The notes under the pieces: model-generated
Told to the model about the DNA's origin: nothing
Databases searched by the model: none
The model's input: the letters and a program-made list of their open reading frames with translations, nothing else
Shown here: positions 11,896-24,597 of the stretch, in pieces
How positions within the stretch are numbered: position 1 is the stretch's first letter
Layout: every line of letters begins with the position of its first letter
Program-made: the position numbers and the translations under genes
From: Octopus bimaculoides
Taxonomy: Eukaryota
Assembly (NCBI RefSeq): GCF_001194135.2
Contig: NC_068984.1
Location: 94,478,489-94,523,426 of the forward strand
Length of the DNA: 44,938 nucleotides
Reading direction: 5' to 3'

Positions 11896-12489
11896 TAAAT
11901 TAAACTACGGTTTACCCGCTAAATTACCTGCTGCCATATACCTTTTACAAAGGACTATACCTATTGAGGTAATTACCAGGCGTGCCTTTGGATATATCTA
12001 TCCCTTAGAGAGTTTAAACACCTCTAACTTATACGTGTATATATATTTATATATATATGTATATGGTGGTTGTCTACTCCTTATGCAGAGTTTGACCACC
12101 TCTTGTACCTATACCTTAGCACCATCATGGCATCTGATGCCGACCAACCAATTCAATGATTTTACCAAGATTTGGAGTACAGGAAGTACCTGTGCAGGTG
12201 AATAATTTTCAGTGGGTGTAGCTCGCACTACACTACCCACCACCTATTGGCCCAAGAAGACTTTCACTGGTGTGACATGGAAATTGACAAAACCAGGAAC
12301 TTCCAAGGCCTCAGGTTTTATTTTGGAGATTTCCTTCTAGGTAGATTACCAACCAAAATTAAAGAGCTTCTTCCTGCCTATGAGGTAAGCTATCTCATTC
12401 TAGATACCAAACCGACACTCAAACACTCTATAAAGTGATCAAATATCACTCTGGTGACCGACGTGGAGTAGCTTATTAAAAAAAAAAAA

Positions 12490-12735
12490 AGGTACAATAT
12501 GTGATTTGCAAATGTAAATAAGAATTATATATAAATATAAAAAAGTAAAAGATATGCAATGAATATAAATATGTATATAAAAGTAAAAATATACATATAT
12601 ACATATAAAAAAATAAAAAGGGTACGATGTGTGAATAAGAATTACATATAAATAATATTGTATAAAGAAAAGTAAAAGATATGCAATTAAAAAGTATAAA
12701 ATAATATATATAAAAGTAAAAATATAAATATAAGA
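12490..12735. repeat. Degenerate AT-rich tandem duplication (unit about 125-130 bp)
   Basis: ggtac…ataagaatta…aaagtaaaagatatgcaat…tataaaagtaaaaatata occurs twice. Confidence 0.55.
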
Positions 12736-12811
12736 AGTTTGCATGCCTTCCTTACAAAAGTTGCATGGTGCACTAGCACCATCTATATATGTGTGTGTAT
12801 ATAAATATATA

Positions 12812-13215
12812 TCTTTTGTCTTTTATCGTTTACCTGTTTCAGCCATTAGACTAGCCATTCTGGGGCTCCACCTTGAAGGGTTTTAGTCAAACAAATTGAC
12901 ATCAGAACTTATTTTTTAAAGCTTGGTGCTTATTCTATTGGTCTTTTATACTGAACCACTAAGTTATGGGGAAGTAAACACACCAACACCAGTTATCATC
13001 TGGTGGTGGGGAACAAACACAGACACAAGGACACATACACACACATATATATACGATGGGTTTCTTTGAGTTTCCGTCTGCCAAATCTACTCACAAGGTT
13101 TTGGTCAGCCTGAGGCTATAGAAGATACTTACCCAAAGTGCCACACAGTGGTATTGAACCTAGAACTATGTAGTTGGGAAGTGAGCTTCTCACCATACAG
13201 CCACACCTCTGCCTA
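12812..13215 (-). mobile_element. tRNA-derived SINE, family A
   Basis: Reverse complement of 1463-1826. Confidence 0.8.
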
Positions 13216-13274
13216 TCCACACAGCCATTCCTGCACCTACATGTGTGCATGTGTGTGTGTATATGTGTGTGTGT

Positions 13275-13400
13275 ATTAAGTACCAGGCTTAACAAAAAAT
13301 AAATAAGTACTAGGGTTGATTCATTCAACTAAAAATTCTTCAAGGCAGTTCCCCAGTATGGTCACTGAGTCTACTGACTGAAACAAGTAAAAGATAAAAG
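13275..13400 (+). mobile_element. SINE family A 3' fragment
   Basis: taagtaccagg…gactgaaacaagtaaaagataaaag. Confidence 0.6.
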
Positions 13401-13588
13401 TTATAGATATATGTATATATGGATACATATACACACACACACATATACAATGCAATAAAAGATATATATATAATGAGATAAAANNNNNNNNNNNNNNNNN
13501 NNNNNNNNNNNNNNNNNNNNNNNNNNNNNNNNNNNNNNNNNNNNNNNNNNNNNNNNNNNNNNNNNNNATATATATATATATATATATA

Positions 13589-14574
13589 CTAGCAGCTAAG
13601 CCCGGTTTCACCAGGTCAGTTTGGATAATGTGGCTGTAAAACCTGCTCGGTGTAAGCATTCGACTTGTTTGGGCATGCTTATGTTAAAAAACAATTTTAG
13701 AATGACTTTTTTCTGTCAAAACGCTAAAAATAACTTTGTGTCTGGAGAGAGTCATTCTCTTTTAGTGTCTTATTAATTTAACACACCGATTTCCACTCAG
13801 TTACTAATTTATTTTTACTAAAATTTTCGTTGTGACTTGCAACCTTTTCAATAGTTGTTGACTCTGTCCATTATTGGAATTGCATTCCCTTTTTTGTACA
13901 TATGTATGTGCGTTAGTGTGCATGTGCATTAGTGTGCGTGCGCATACACATATGTATGTGTGTGTATGCATGTATGTGTGTGTATGCATGTATGTGTGTG
14001 TGTATGCATATACATATGTATGCATGTGTGAACATTTGTATGTATGTACTCTGCATGTTTGTGTGTATGCTTGTATGTGTGTATGTATACACACATATAT
14101 ATATGTATGCATGTGTGTGCGTTTGTATATATATATATGTATTCTGCATTTCCATGTGCTTGTGTGTTTGTGTGTGTTAATGTTTGTGTGTTTGTGTGTG
14201 TGTGCATGTTTGAGTGTGTCTGTGTATGGGTTTGTGTGACTATGTATGTGTGTCTGTTATGTATGGATATGTCTCCATATGTGTCCTTGTGTGTGTATGT
14301 GTATGTGTGTATGTGTGTATGTGTATGTGTGTATGTGTGTGTGTGAAGTGTGTGTGTGTGTGTGTGTATATGGTCGTGTTTCCATCTTCATTTGAATATA
14401 TGTGTGCATGTGTGTTTGTACCTGCCTGTCCATATAACCTATGTACCTATCTATCTGCATATCTACCTGTCTATATGCATATCCATTTACCCACACATAT
14501 ATACATATACACATACATATACATACATATATATATATTTACATACACACACATACACACACTCACACACACGC

Positions 14575-14614
<40 letters not shown>

Positions 14615-14712
14615 CTACATAACGGCCTACTAACAACACTGTGTATACACAAACTGTAGTTATTGGGGTATGACACCTTCTATGTATATTTCCTGAAGAC
14701 TATCTCAGGTTA
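13589..14712 (-). mobile_element. PLE 3'-UTR (TG/CA-rich) fragment ending in a Helitron-type 3' terminus
   Basis: CTAG at 13589-13592 flanked by A (T on minus). Hairpin at 13601-13615. The core gagagtcattctcttttagtg is shared with 16265, 26236 and 28250. Confidence 0.65.
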
Positions 14713-16211
14713 CTGTGTCTGTTTTGGCAGGGTTTTTATGCCTGGATGCCTTTCCTGACACCAACCACTCTGCAGAGTGGACTAGAAAGTGAGAGAGAAG
14801 TGGGAGAGAAGTACAAGAAAGAGGACAGAAATAGGTGTGCTGATGTAAAGGAGATAATTGGTCACCTAGCCAGAAGGAAAAGCAAGAGGAGAGAGAGAGA
14901 GTGATCAAGAATGATGGCAGAAACAAGTGTGCTGCTGTAGTGGAGATACATGACTACCCACCCTGAGGGAAGAGCAAGGGAAAGAGAATGAGAGAGTGAG
15001 AAACAGCAAAAGTGCAAGAGAGAGCAGGAAAGAGATGGTGGTGAAGTGCCAGGGCATAGTCACAAGTGACAAGGATCACAGCTGGTAGGGTAAAGAAGAG
15101 AGAAATAAATGATGGCAAATTCCAGGGCATACCCCCAAGGTATGGAGGTCATAATATATGGCCAGGTATTGCCAAGAGGCACGAATAGGGAGTGGGAGTG
15201 GGAAATGGGGTGACTGGTGAGGACCTGGATATATAGAGGGGGAAGCAATGAAACATTAAGCAGAGTAGTGAGGGCATGGAAGTGGAGTGGGAGATAATAG
15301 CGTATGAAAAGGAAATGTGAGGACGAGAAAGACGCAGTTTAGAAAGACGTAGTTCAGTTTCTTGAGGTAGCGTGTGTGAAAAGTTTGTTGTTACATGTGG
15401 GTGGAACACAATGCTTCTAGCACTCAGTTTTGCTGACATGGGCGGGTCTTCTCTAGAACCTCATATTGCCAAACATTTCAGTATATTGTCATTTCCCCCA
15501 TGAGCCCTAACATCCTGAGATCAGTCCTCACCACTTCATCCCATGCCTTCCTAGGTCTCCCTCTTCCACAGGTACCATCCACTTTTAGTGACAGGCATTT
15601 CTGTATACAGCTGTCTTTACTCATGTGCATCACATATCTAAACCAATGCATTCTCCTCTCCTACATGCCACATTTAATCCCTCTTATGCTTAACTTTTCT
15701 CTCAACACAGTTGTGCTCTGTCGGTTATGCACACTGATGCTACAAATCCAACGGAGTATACTACCTTTGTTCCTCTCCAGTCTACGGATGTCCTCCACAT
15801 TCAGAGCCCATATCTCAGTACCATGGAGTATAGCCATTCATACACAAGCATCATACAGTCTACTTTTCACTCTGAGAGAGAGAGTCCTTTTGTTGCCAAC
15901 AGAGGTAGTAGCTCTCTGAACTCTTCATCCTGTTCTTATTCTAGAAACAATACTTTCAGAGCATCTATCACTGTTACTACTACTACTACTTCAAGAGAGT
16001 CTACTGGACATTTAAGAGAGTCTTAGTCCCATGTGCTCTTAGAGTGTATTGTTCCTGCACATCTGCCATACACTGCATCTCTTGTGCATCCATAGCTTAC
16101 ACTGGGTGCAGCAAATGAAATTACTTTCCATGGCTTTCCTACATATTGAGCAGGGCCATTTACCTGACAGAAAGAGAATCTTATCTTCTTTCTTGCTAAC
16201 AACAACTTTAG
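14712..16211 (-). mobile_element. RTE-clade LINE 3' part (C-terminus and UTR)
   Basis: Minus strand: LSGKWPCSICRK…C.QCKLWMHKRC; …VKSRLYDACV…HGTEIWALNV…; GRGRPRKAWDEVVR; UTR fragment ctggatgcctttcct…ccaaccac. Confidence 0.8.
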
Positions 16212-17209
16212 TTTCATAATTGTATTTGGTTTTGTAAGATTCTTTATGTGAATTCGTGTGATGAAGCATATTTTGTTGTGTTTGGGGAGAGTCATTCTAT
16301 TTTAATGCCTTATTAATTAACACACTCACCAGTTCAATTTCCATTCATTTATTATTTCTTTCCTAAAATTTTCGTTGCTTCTTGCAAACTCTTCAATACT
16401 TGTTGACTCTGTCCATTATCAGAACTGTGTTCTTTCTGTTTGTTTGTGTGTATGTGGTGTGCATCAGTGGGCATATGTATATACACATATGTTTGCATGT
16501 ATGTATGTATCTATGTATGTATACATGTATGTATGTGTGTGTGCATGTAGGCATATATATATATATATATATATATATGCATGTGTGTGTGTACGTTTGT
16601 ATATATGTATTCTGCATATTCATGTGTTTGTGTGTATATGTTTGTGTGTATATGTTTGTGTTTGTACATGTGTGTGTGTGTATTTGTGTGTGCATCTTTG
16701 TCTCATTGTGTGTGCATATTTGAGTGTGTCTATGTTTATGGGTGTGTGTGTGACTTGTGTCTGCTATGTGTCTGTTATGTAAGGATGTGTAGTCTCTCCA
16801 TATGTCTCTTTGTGTGTGTGTGTGGAGTGTGTGTGTGTGTGTGTGGAGTATGTTTGTGTGTGGAGTGTGTATGTGTGTGTGCTCATGTGTTTCCATCTCC
16901 TTTTGTGTGTGTGTGTGTGTGCATGTTTGTATTACCTATGTACCTGTCTATCTACTTATATAGATAAGTAGATAAGTAAATAGATAGGTACATAGGTAAT
17001 ACATGTTTGCCTACATATTCATTTTACCTAACTATATATATATATATATTTGCTTACATAACAGCCTACTAACAAATCTAGGTAGATTTGTTAGTAGGCT
17101 GTTATGTAGGCAATTATATATAGGTTGGTAAATGGATATGTAGGCAAGCAGATAGATAAGTAGATAGATAGGTACAAAGGTAATACAGACAGACAAGCAT
17201 GTGCGCATG

Positions 17210-17229
<20 letters not shown>
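16212..17229 (-). mobile_element. PLE 3'-UTR (TG-rich) fragment with fold-back inversions at its right end
   Basis: 16212-16330 matches the reverse complement of 28197-28345. Palindromes centred near 16960 and 17081. Confidence 0.65.
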
Positions 17230-17250
<21 letters not shown>

Positions 17251-18945
17251 TCCTCAGACAGCAAAACAACTTTGGTCTTTGCTAGGTTAACTTTAAGGTC
17301 CTTTGATTCCAGGTTTTGTTTTCAAACCTGAAACTTCTCCTATTCTGCTTCAGATTCGGCAATAAGAGCGAGGCCATCAGCATAAAGCAGTTTCCATGGA
17401 CATCAAGTTTTGAATTCCTCTGTTATGGCCTAGAGAAAGATGATGAATAAGAGTGAACTAAGAACTGATCCCTGGTGAACTCCAGCTAGAATGCTAAATT
17501 CATCACTGTATTCAAGGCTGACTCTAGAGACTACCAGATAAGACAGCAGGGAACCCTGTCAAAAGCTTTCTCCTGGTTAATGAAAGCTAACTACAATGGT
17601 TTACTTTTGGTTAAATACTTTTCTTGCAACTACCTCGCTAAGAAGATGGCATCTGTGGTACTTCTCCCAGGAACAAAACAAAACTGCATCTCATCTAGTT
17701 TAATTCTATTTCTAATCAACTGAACTATTACTCTCTGTAATTTTCATAAGCTGGTCCAGCAGTTTGATACCCTTGTAGTTGTTTCTATCTAAGGCATCAC
17801 CTTTACCTTTGTAGCAGCTAACTGTAATACTACTACACTAGTCTTTGAGGACAATGCCTTCCTGAATAACCTGATTAACTATGCAAGTGACTAGGTTGTA
17901 TCCCACACTGTCAGATATTTTAATCATCTTGGCAATGATACCTGACAGTCCAAGGGCTTTTCCAGCCTTCATACCCCTATTTGCCTTATCTGTTATACTG
18001 CTATCAACTTTGGTGGTTTGTCCCTCAATTGGTTCAATATTTGAATGACTCTCTTCCCAGACATTCTCCACACTTAATAACCTCTCATAATTGCATCTCC
18101 ATGTGTCTTTCTTCTGAGTCACTAATTGCAATCATACCATTATCCATTTGCACACATTTCTCACTCACCATATCTCTATTTTTCTGATACACTGCTTTGT
18201 AATTCTGAACACCTCACGCCTCTGATCCTCACACTGTTGAACATTGGCAAACTTCTTACCTTCTGCTGTTCCTTTTGCTAAGTAAACCTGTCACCTGGCC
18301 TCCCTTTTGATATAATACTCTGCTTCCACCCCTTTTCTAGTCTTTCCAGGCCTGTCTCTTTGCTTTAATAGTACTGTCCATCTCCTTGTTCCACCACCAT
18401 GTCACCCTCAGCCTACCTGGAACTTTGCACCAGTTACACATTTGGTCAGTGGTACCCTGTAAATTGTCCTGCAGGAACTTTCAGTTGTCCTCTAAGCTAT
18501 ATGTCCCTTCCTCTTCCTTCTCTCTATCATCCTAGGCTTCCAGTAAAATGTCTCTAAATTTTTTTGGTTTGCTGAGTTTTTGAGCTTCCTTATTCTTCTT
18601 TTCCAGCATGGTTTATTTCCCTGAGTCTCTCTAGCCCTAATTCTGAAATCACTAACTAGTAGCTTATGTTGGGGTGTACACACTTCACTTGTAAAAGGCT
18701 TCACATTTGTGAGCATCAGCCTATCTTGTTGCCTGGTGAGGAAGTAATCAACCTGGCTTATGTTCCCATCAGACTGATAAGTGATTAGGTGGCTGTCTGG
18801 TTTTCTGAAGTTAGTGTTACAGATGTCTTTTTAGGAGTATGGATTTACTAGGAGGAGAGGATTCCCAGTCCCCTCACAACTGCCCCTTTTAGTCACCTCT
18901 TATGCTATGCAGGGAATACGACGACTGCATTCTACCAACCTCACA
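17230..18945 (-). mobile_element. RTE-clade LINE (RT, partial EN, putative 5' terminal motif)
   Basis: LYADGL…NLESKDLKVNLAKTK; ORF 17838-18131 YERLLSVEN…GMKAGKALGLSG; QHKLLVSDFRIR. RTE 5'-type motif at 18880-18940. Confidence 0.8.
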
Positions 18946-19049
18946 ACCAGTCACAGGAGGGTTTGCTAGTTAACCCATAGCTGGGATTCTTACTCTTCAC
19001 TCTGGGCCAGAGTAGACCTGAGAACAATAGTGGCTAAGAGGTGATTCCA

Positions 19050-22000
19050 CACTCCTTAAACTCTGAAACCAGGGCCCCAGGGTCCCACTACCGGATGTAG
19101 TTTATAGTCATACCCAGGACATGGAATGTGCATGGGTGTAGTACAAGTGAGGTAAAGAGGAGAGAGATAGGGAGTGTGATGATGAAGAGAAGGATGGATG
19201 TACTGGCACTGAGCAAGAATAAGATGAAAGGTAAGGGAGAGTATCAGTTTGAGGATATGACTGGACAAGTGTCAGGAGTGGGAGGGGGAAGGCTTGTGAG
19301 GGAGTGACATTGCTAGTGAGTAAGCGTGTGAAGAAGACTGCGGTGGAGTGGCGGGAAGTGTTTTCAAGATTGATGTGGATTAAGATGAAGTGGGGAGATG
19401 TGGGTGTTTTTTAGTGCATATGGGAGTGAAAGGAATGAGGAAGAAGTAGAGGAGTTCTGGAGGAAACTGAGTGTGTGGATAGGGTGGAGAAAAGTGGTTA
19501 TGTGGTGGTGTTGGGTGATTTGAATGCATGAGTGGGAAATGAGGAAGTAGATGTAGTAGAAAAATATGGAGTTCCTTCTTGGAATGAGAGTGGAAGTAGG
19601 TTGTTGAGAATGTATATGGAGCAAGAATTGGTGGTGGGAAATAGCCTTTTTAAAATGTTGTAGAAGAATAAGTTCACCTGGTGGAGGGTGGAGGGAGGAA
19701 CAGTAGTAGATAGGGCCTGGATTATATATTAATTGGTAAGAGAGTGGTAGGAAGGTCGGTGGATATGCATGTAATTAGAGGTGAAGGTGGAGGAGTGTCA
19801 GATCACTTCTTAGTGCAGGGTATGCTGACGGTATGCTGAAATTGGAATGCTAGATGAGTGATAGGGGGGGGGGTTGTGAAGGTGAATGAACTGGATAGGA
19901 GAGAGAAGGAGCAGGAGTATGCTGAGAAACTGAGAGGTGAGTATGAACAGGTAACGAAACAGGAGGTAGGAGATGTGGAGGAGGAGTGGAAGGCTTTTAG
20001 AGATGCAGTAATGAGATGTGTCTTTGAAGTATGTGGTACACGAGTGGTTGGAATGGGTGAGGAAAGATAGTGAGTGGGGGAATGAGCAGGTAAGGGATGT
20101 GGTGGCAGAGAAGAAAAGGGCCTTTGAAGAGTGGTTGCAAAAAGGGTATGGAGAGGCTTATGATTGCTACAGAGAAGTGAAGAGGGGAGTAAAGAGAGTG
20201 GTGAGGGTGACGAAATGGGAGGTGAGTGAAAGGTTCAGGAAAAAGTTGAGAGAAAATTTTGTAAGAAATAAAAAATTGTTTTGGAAAGAGGTACAGAGGG
20301 TAAGAAAGGTGGTTGGAGGAAGGGAGGAAAGAGTGACAGATGTAAATACAAATTTGTTGAAAGGGAATGAGGTATTTTAGTGAGCTATTAAATGTGGAGG
20401 ATGTTAGGGAGACAAGTATAGTGGCTGTAGGAGGAGAGGAGGAGAATGCCTGTTGTTGGGGAATGGACCTGTAGTGAAACTACCTACCCCCATTAGATAC
20501 AAAACTACTATCGCCATTCTTCTCATTTAAATATAAACAAATGCGAACGAAGGGGAAAACACCAGCCTTGTCATCACGTGACTGATTATTATTTGAAGCG
20601 GCAAATTCTTCGAACCTTTCCCGCCAGAACGCAAACTGACCAATCACGGCCCCTAATAAGGTCATGTGATAGAGTATTAAACTGAAGCCATCGGGAGCCA
20701 ATAGTTTGTTATAAATAGCTTTAACTCGGCGGCCAAATTTGTCTCAGTCCAGTTTCTCTTAGAGACTGTTCCGTGTACCACACAACAGCAGCAGCAGCCA
20801 GCGACCACTTCAGCAGCTTTGTCCAGCCACGATGACCTCCGCCGTCGCCACATCAGCAACAAGAGTCTACGACTACTATCCAGCATCATCGTCATGACCA
20901 NNNNNNNNNNNNNNNNNNNNNNNNNNNNNNNNNNNNNNNNNNNNNNNNNNNNNNNNNNNNNNNNNNNNNNNNNNNNNNNNNNNNNNNNNNNNNNNNNNNN
21001 NNNNNNNNNNNNNNNNNNNNNNNNNNNNNNNNNNNNNNNNNNNNNNNNNNNNNNNNNNNNNNNNNNNNNNNNNNNNNNNNNNNNNNNNNNNNNNNNNNNN
21101 NNNNNNNNNNNNNNNNNNNNNNNNNNNNNNNNNNNNNNNNNNNNNNNNNNNNNNNNNNNNNNNNNNNNNNNNNNNNNNNNNNNNNNNNNNNNNNNNNNNN
21201 NNNNNNNNNNNNNNNNNNNNNNNNNNNNNNNNNNNNNNNNNNNNNNNNNNNNNNNNNNNNNNNNNNNNNNNNNNNNNNNNNNNNNNNNNNNNNNNNNNNN
21301 NNNNNNNNNNNNNNNNNNNNNNNNNNNNNNNNNNNNNNNNNNNNNNNNNNNNNNNNNNNNNNNNNNNNNNNNNNNNNNNNNNNNNNNNNNNNNNNNNNNN
21401 NNNNNNNNNNNNNNNNNNNNNNNNNNNNNNNNNNNNNNNNNNNNNNNNNNNNNNNNNNNNNNNNNNNNNNNNNNNNNNNNNNNNNNNNNNNNNNNATTCA
21501 CACTCACACACAGACACATCTTTAACGCTACAATAAATATTTCTGTTATTCATCTTATACGGTTGTGGTCTTTCATTGCTGGTCATCTATGTTATCGTCG
21601 CATAACATATCATGTATATCATCATTGATATATATATTATTTTGTGTTCGACCGTGTGACACGTTTAAATAAAAGGAGTCTTCTGTTTTTCCATTCGTCG
21701 CCATTTCTCCTTTTATGAGTTCACACGGTCGTTCCTTACAGACCTATGGTACAATTGGAAGAGAAGAGGTGAGGGAATCCTTGTGGAAGATGGCAAACTG
21801 GAAGGTGCCAGGTATAGATTGGTGTACAGTGGAATGCCTAAAGAAAGGAGGAGTGACAGTGACTGAACGGTTAGTGAAGCTCATGAATATTTTTTATATG
21901 GTTGGAAGAGTACCGAAGGACTGGTGCAGTGTCTGTGTAGTGCCACTGTACAAACGGAATAAATGTGAGTGTGGAAATTTTAGGGGTATAAGTCTGTTGT

Positions 22001-23350
22001 GTGTGGTTAGTAAACTATATGGGAGAATTCTGATTGTTAGGGTGAGGAACCAGACAGAGAGTGTACTAGGAGAGGAGCAGTGTGGTTTTAGGAGAGGAAG
22101 GGGGTGTGCAGATTCAATATTTGTAGTAAGGCAGATGTGTGAGAAGTTTTTGGCAAAAGGGAGGGAGATGTATTAGGCTTTTATGGACCTAGAGAAGGCA
22201 TATGACCATGTGGATAGGTATACAATGTGACAGGTGTTGCAGTTGTATGGAGTAGCTGGTAGATTGTTGAAAGCTGTTTTATAGAGTTTTATAGAGTTTT
22301 ATAGAGAGAGTAGGGCGTCCACTAGCGTGGGTGGTGAAGTAAGTGAGTAGCTTGATGTGAAGGTGGGGTTAAGACAGGGTTGTGTGATATCTTGGTGGTG
22401 TTTAATTTATATATGGATGGTGTGGTGAGAGAGGTAAATGCTAGAACTTTTGGTAGGGGAGCCCAAATGGTGGTAGAAAATGGAGAGAAATGGCAGGTGA
22501 GTCAGTTGTTTGCTGATGATACAGCACTGGTGGCAGATTCAGAAGAGCAACTGAGGAGACTGGTGGTAGAGTTTGGAAGAGTGTGTGAGAAGAGGAAACT
22601 GAAAGTGAATGTAACTAAGAGTAAGGTGATGAGGTGTTTGAGAGATCGAATGGCTGGTAGGATGGATGTGAGTATAAATGGTGAGACATTAGAGGAGGTG
22701 AGTGTTTTTAAGTATCTGGGATCACATGTGATGGCGGATGGGGTGTTGGCTGAGGAGGTGGAATACAGAGTGAAGGAGGAGAGTAAAATACTTGGAGTTG
22801 TGAAAGGTATGCTGAAAGATAAAAGGTTGAGTATGAAAGTGAAAAGTGGGGTGTATGAGGGCGTGATTGTGCTGACAATGTTATATGGTGCAGAGACATG
22901 GGGATTGAGAGAGCCGGAAAGGAGGTGACTAGATGTGTTTGAAATGAGATGTCTGAGGGCTATGGTTGGTATGACTGGATGAGGAATCAGGAGGTGCGAA
23001 GGTGAGCAGGAATGAGAGAAAAACTAACAACCAAAATGGATAGACANNNNNNNNNNNNNNNNNNNNNNNNNNNNNNNNNNNNNNNNNNNNNNNNNNNNNN
23101 NNNNNNNNNNNNNNNNNNNNNNNNNNNNNNNNNNNNNNNNNNNNNNNNNNNNNNNNNNNNNNNNNNNNNNNNNNNNNNNNNNNNNNAGCAGAACCAGAGG
23201 CAGACCTCAGTTTGTGTGGATGGATGGCGTGAGGAAAGCTTTGGTGGTTAGAGGTGTTGGAATGAGAGGCAAGAGAGTTTATAAATGATAGGAAAGCTTG
23301 GAGAGTGTTTGTGGATGGATGAGTGAATTTGATGTTGCTCAAAGGGGTGC
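19050..23350 (+). mobile_element. Near full-length degenerate RTE-clade LINE of a second family, interrupted by a solo LTR
   Basis: WNVHGC…; LGDLNA; SDHFLV; ORF 21715-22176 (NFRGISLL…EEQCGFRRGRG); ORF 22380-22928 (LFADDT, FKYLGS, LYGAETW); FEMRCLR. Confidence 0.88.
20470..21740 (+). mobile_element. Solo LTR (about 1.27 kb including a gap) with 4-bp TSD GACC
   Basis: TGTAGTG…CCTTACA. GACC at 20466-20469 and 21741-21744; the RTE reading VVGEWT|YGTIGREEV is restored on removal. A second copy starts at 44618. Confidence 0.88.
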
Positions 23351-23519
23351 AGACCCAGCATGATACAGCGGGGTTAAACCAGCATATGCTGTCAGGCCCT
23401 GCTGCTTATATTAGGGGTTGCATTCTATGCCTTGACCCGAACATAGAAAGGGGCTCACCTCTTTGAGCTGAAAAATGAATGGAATGCCTAGTGTGTGTCT
23501 TTTTGTGACTACCCGCTCC

Positions 23520-24300
23520 TAAAGAACAGGGAATAGGCCTGGGTATATATAAAAAAAGTGTTGCAGATCATGAGATCATTTGCATCACAGAACTCCAGTA
23601 GCCTTGTTCTCTCCTCATTTCTGGGGCCAAAGCCATAACCACCATGCATGCCATGAAACCCATGGGAATACTGCCCAACATGTCCATTAAAGTTGCCAGC
23701 CACAATAACTAAATCTCTAGTTGAGGTAGTCTGCAGAAGAACCTTGTAGAATTGGTTCTTCTGATTATCAGCCAGCCCAGCCTGTAGAGCATAGACAGAG
23801 ATAAATGTAACTGTTAATCTAACTATGATAAGTTTCAACTTAATAACTCTGACTACCTCAGTTACTTTATTTACCCACTTTTCTACTAAGTGTATGCCCA
23901 TACCAGTCACTCCATCACTCCTGCCTACATAGAAGAATCTAAACCTCTGTTTCTTGCCCATGAGGAATCTAGCAGAGGCCTCTTTCCATCTCACGTTTTG
24001 CACACCAAGCACATTGACATGGTAATGCTCCAACATTTCAATAATCTCTCCACTTCTTCCTTTCATTGTACCAACATTGATGGTAGTGGCCCTGAGATTG
24101 AGTACATGAGAGGAACAATGGGAAGGTAGTTGTTATGGGGCTTTTGAAAAGAAGATGTGTGTTAACACCTGCTAAGTAGTGCAGAACCTTAGTACATTGT
24201 GTATTCAAGTCAATGAAGTACAATTTCCTCACCCCCATACATCATCCAAATTAAGGGCCAGAAAAGAGATGGGTAAAAAGGGCATAAAAGTAGTCTTAAA
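23520..24300 (-). mobile_element. RTE-clade LINE 5' fragment (APE endonuclease)
   Basis: ORF 23509-24066: VQNVRWK…VYALQAG…IVAGNFNGHVG…GGYGFGPRNEERTRLLEFCDANDL. Confidence 0.85.
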
Positions 24301-24305
24301 TATCT

Positions 24306-24531
24306 GGCGAGCAGGCAGAATCGTTAGCATGCCAGGCAAAATGCTAAGCGGTATTTTGTCTGCCGTTACATTCTGAGTACAAATTCTGCCAAGGTCAACT
24401 TTGCCTTTCATCCTTTCAGGGTCGGTTAAATAAGTACCAGTTACACACTGAGGTCGATGTAATCGACTTAACACATTTGCGTGTCCTTGTTTGTCCCCTC
24501 TGTGTTTAGCCCCCTGTGGGCAATAAAGAAA
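24306..24531 (+). mobile_element. tRNA-derived SINE, family B (Meta-like core, Tx1-like 3' tail)
   Basis: A-box-like ggcagaatcgttag, decayed B-box gtacaaattc, core gcctttcatccttt…taagtaccag, tail ttgtcccctctgtgtt…aataaagaaa. The Meta-like core is assigned from memory. Confidence 0.8.
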
Positions 24532-24597
24532 TATATATATATATATATGTACATATAAACCTTATTAATTTTATGTTTTTATATACATACATCGTAT

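Noticed and set aside
12452-12465. PBS-like TGGTGACC-GACGTG
   Set aside because: No demonstrable LTR or gag next to it; 11900-12450 remains unassigned.
24306-24390. tRNA gene
   Set aside because: It is a SINE head with decayed A/B boxes and no complete cloverleaf; the same applies at 1463 and 13215.
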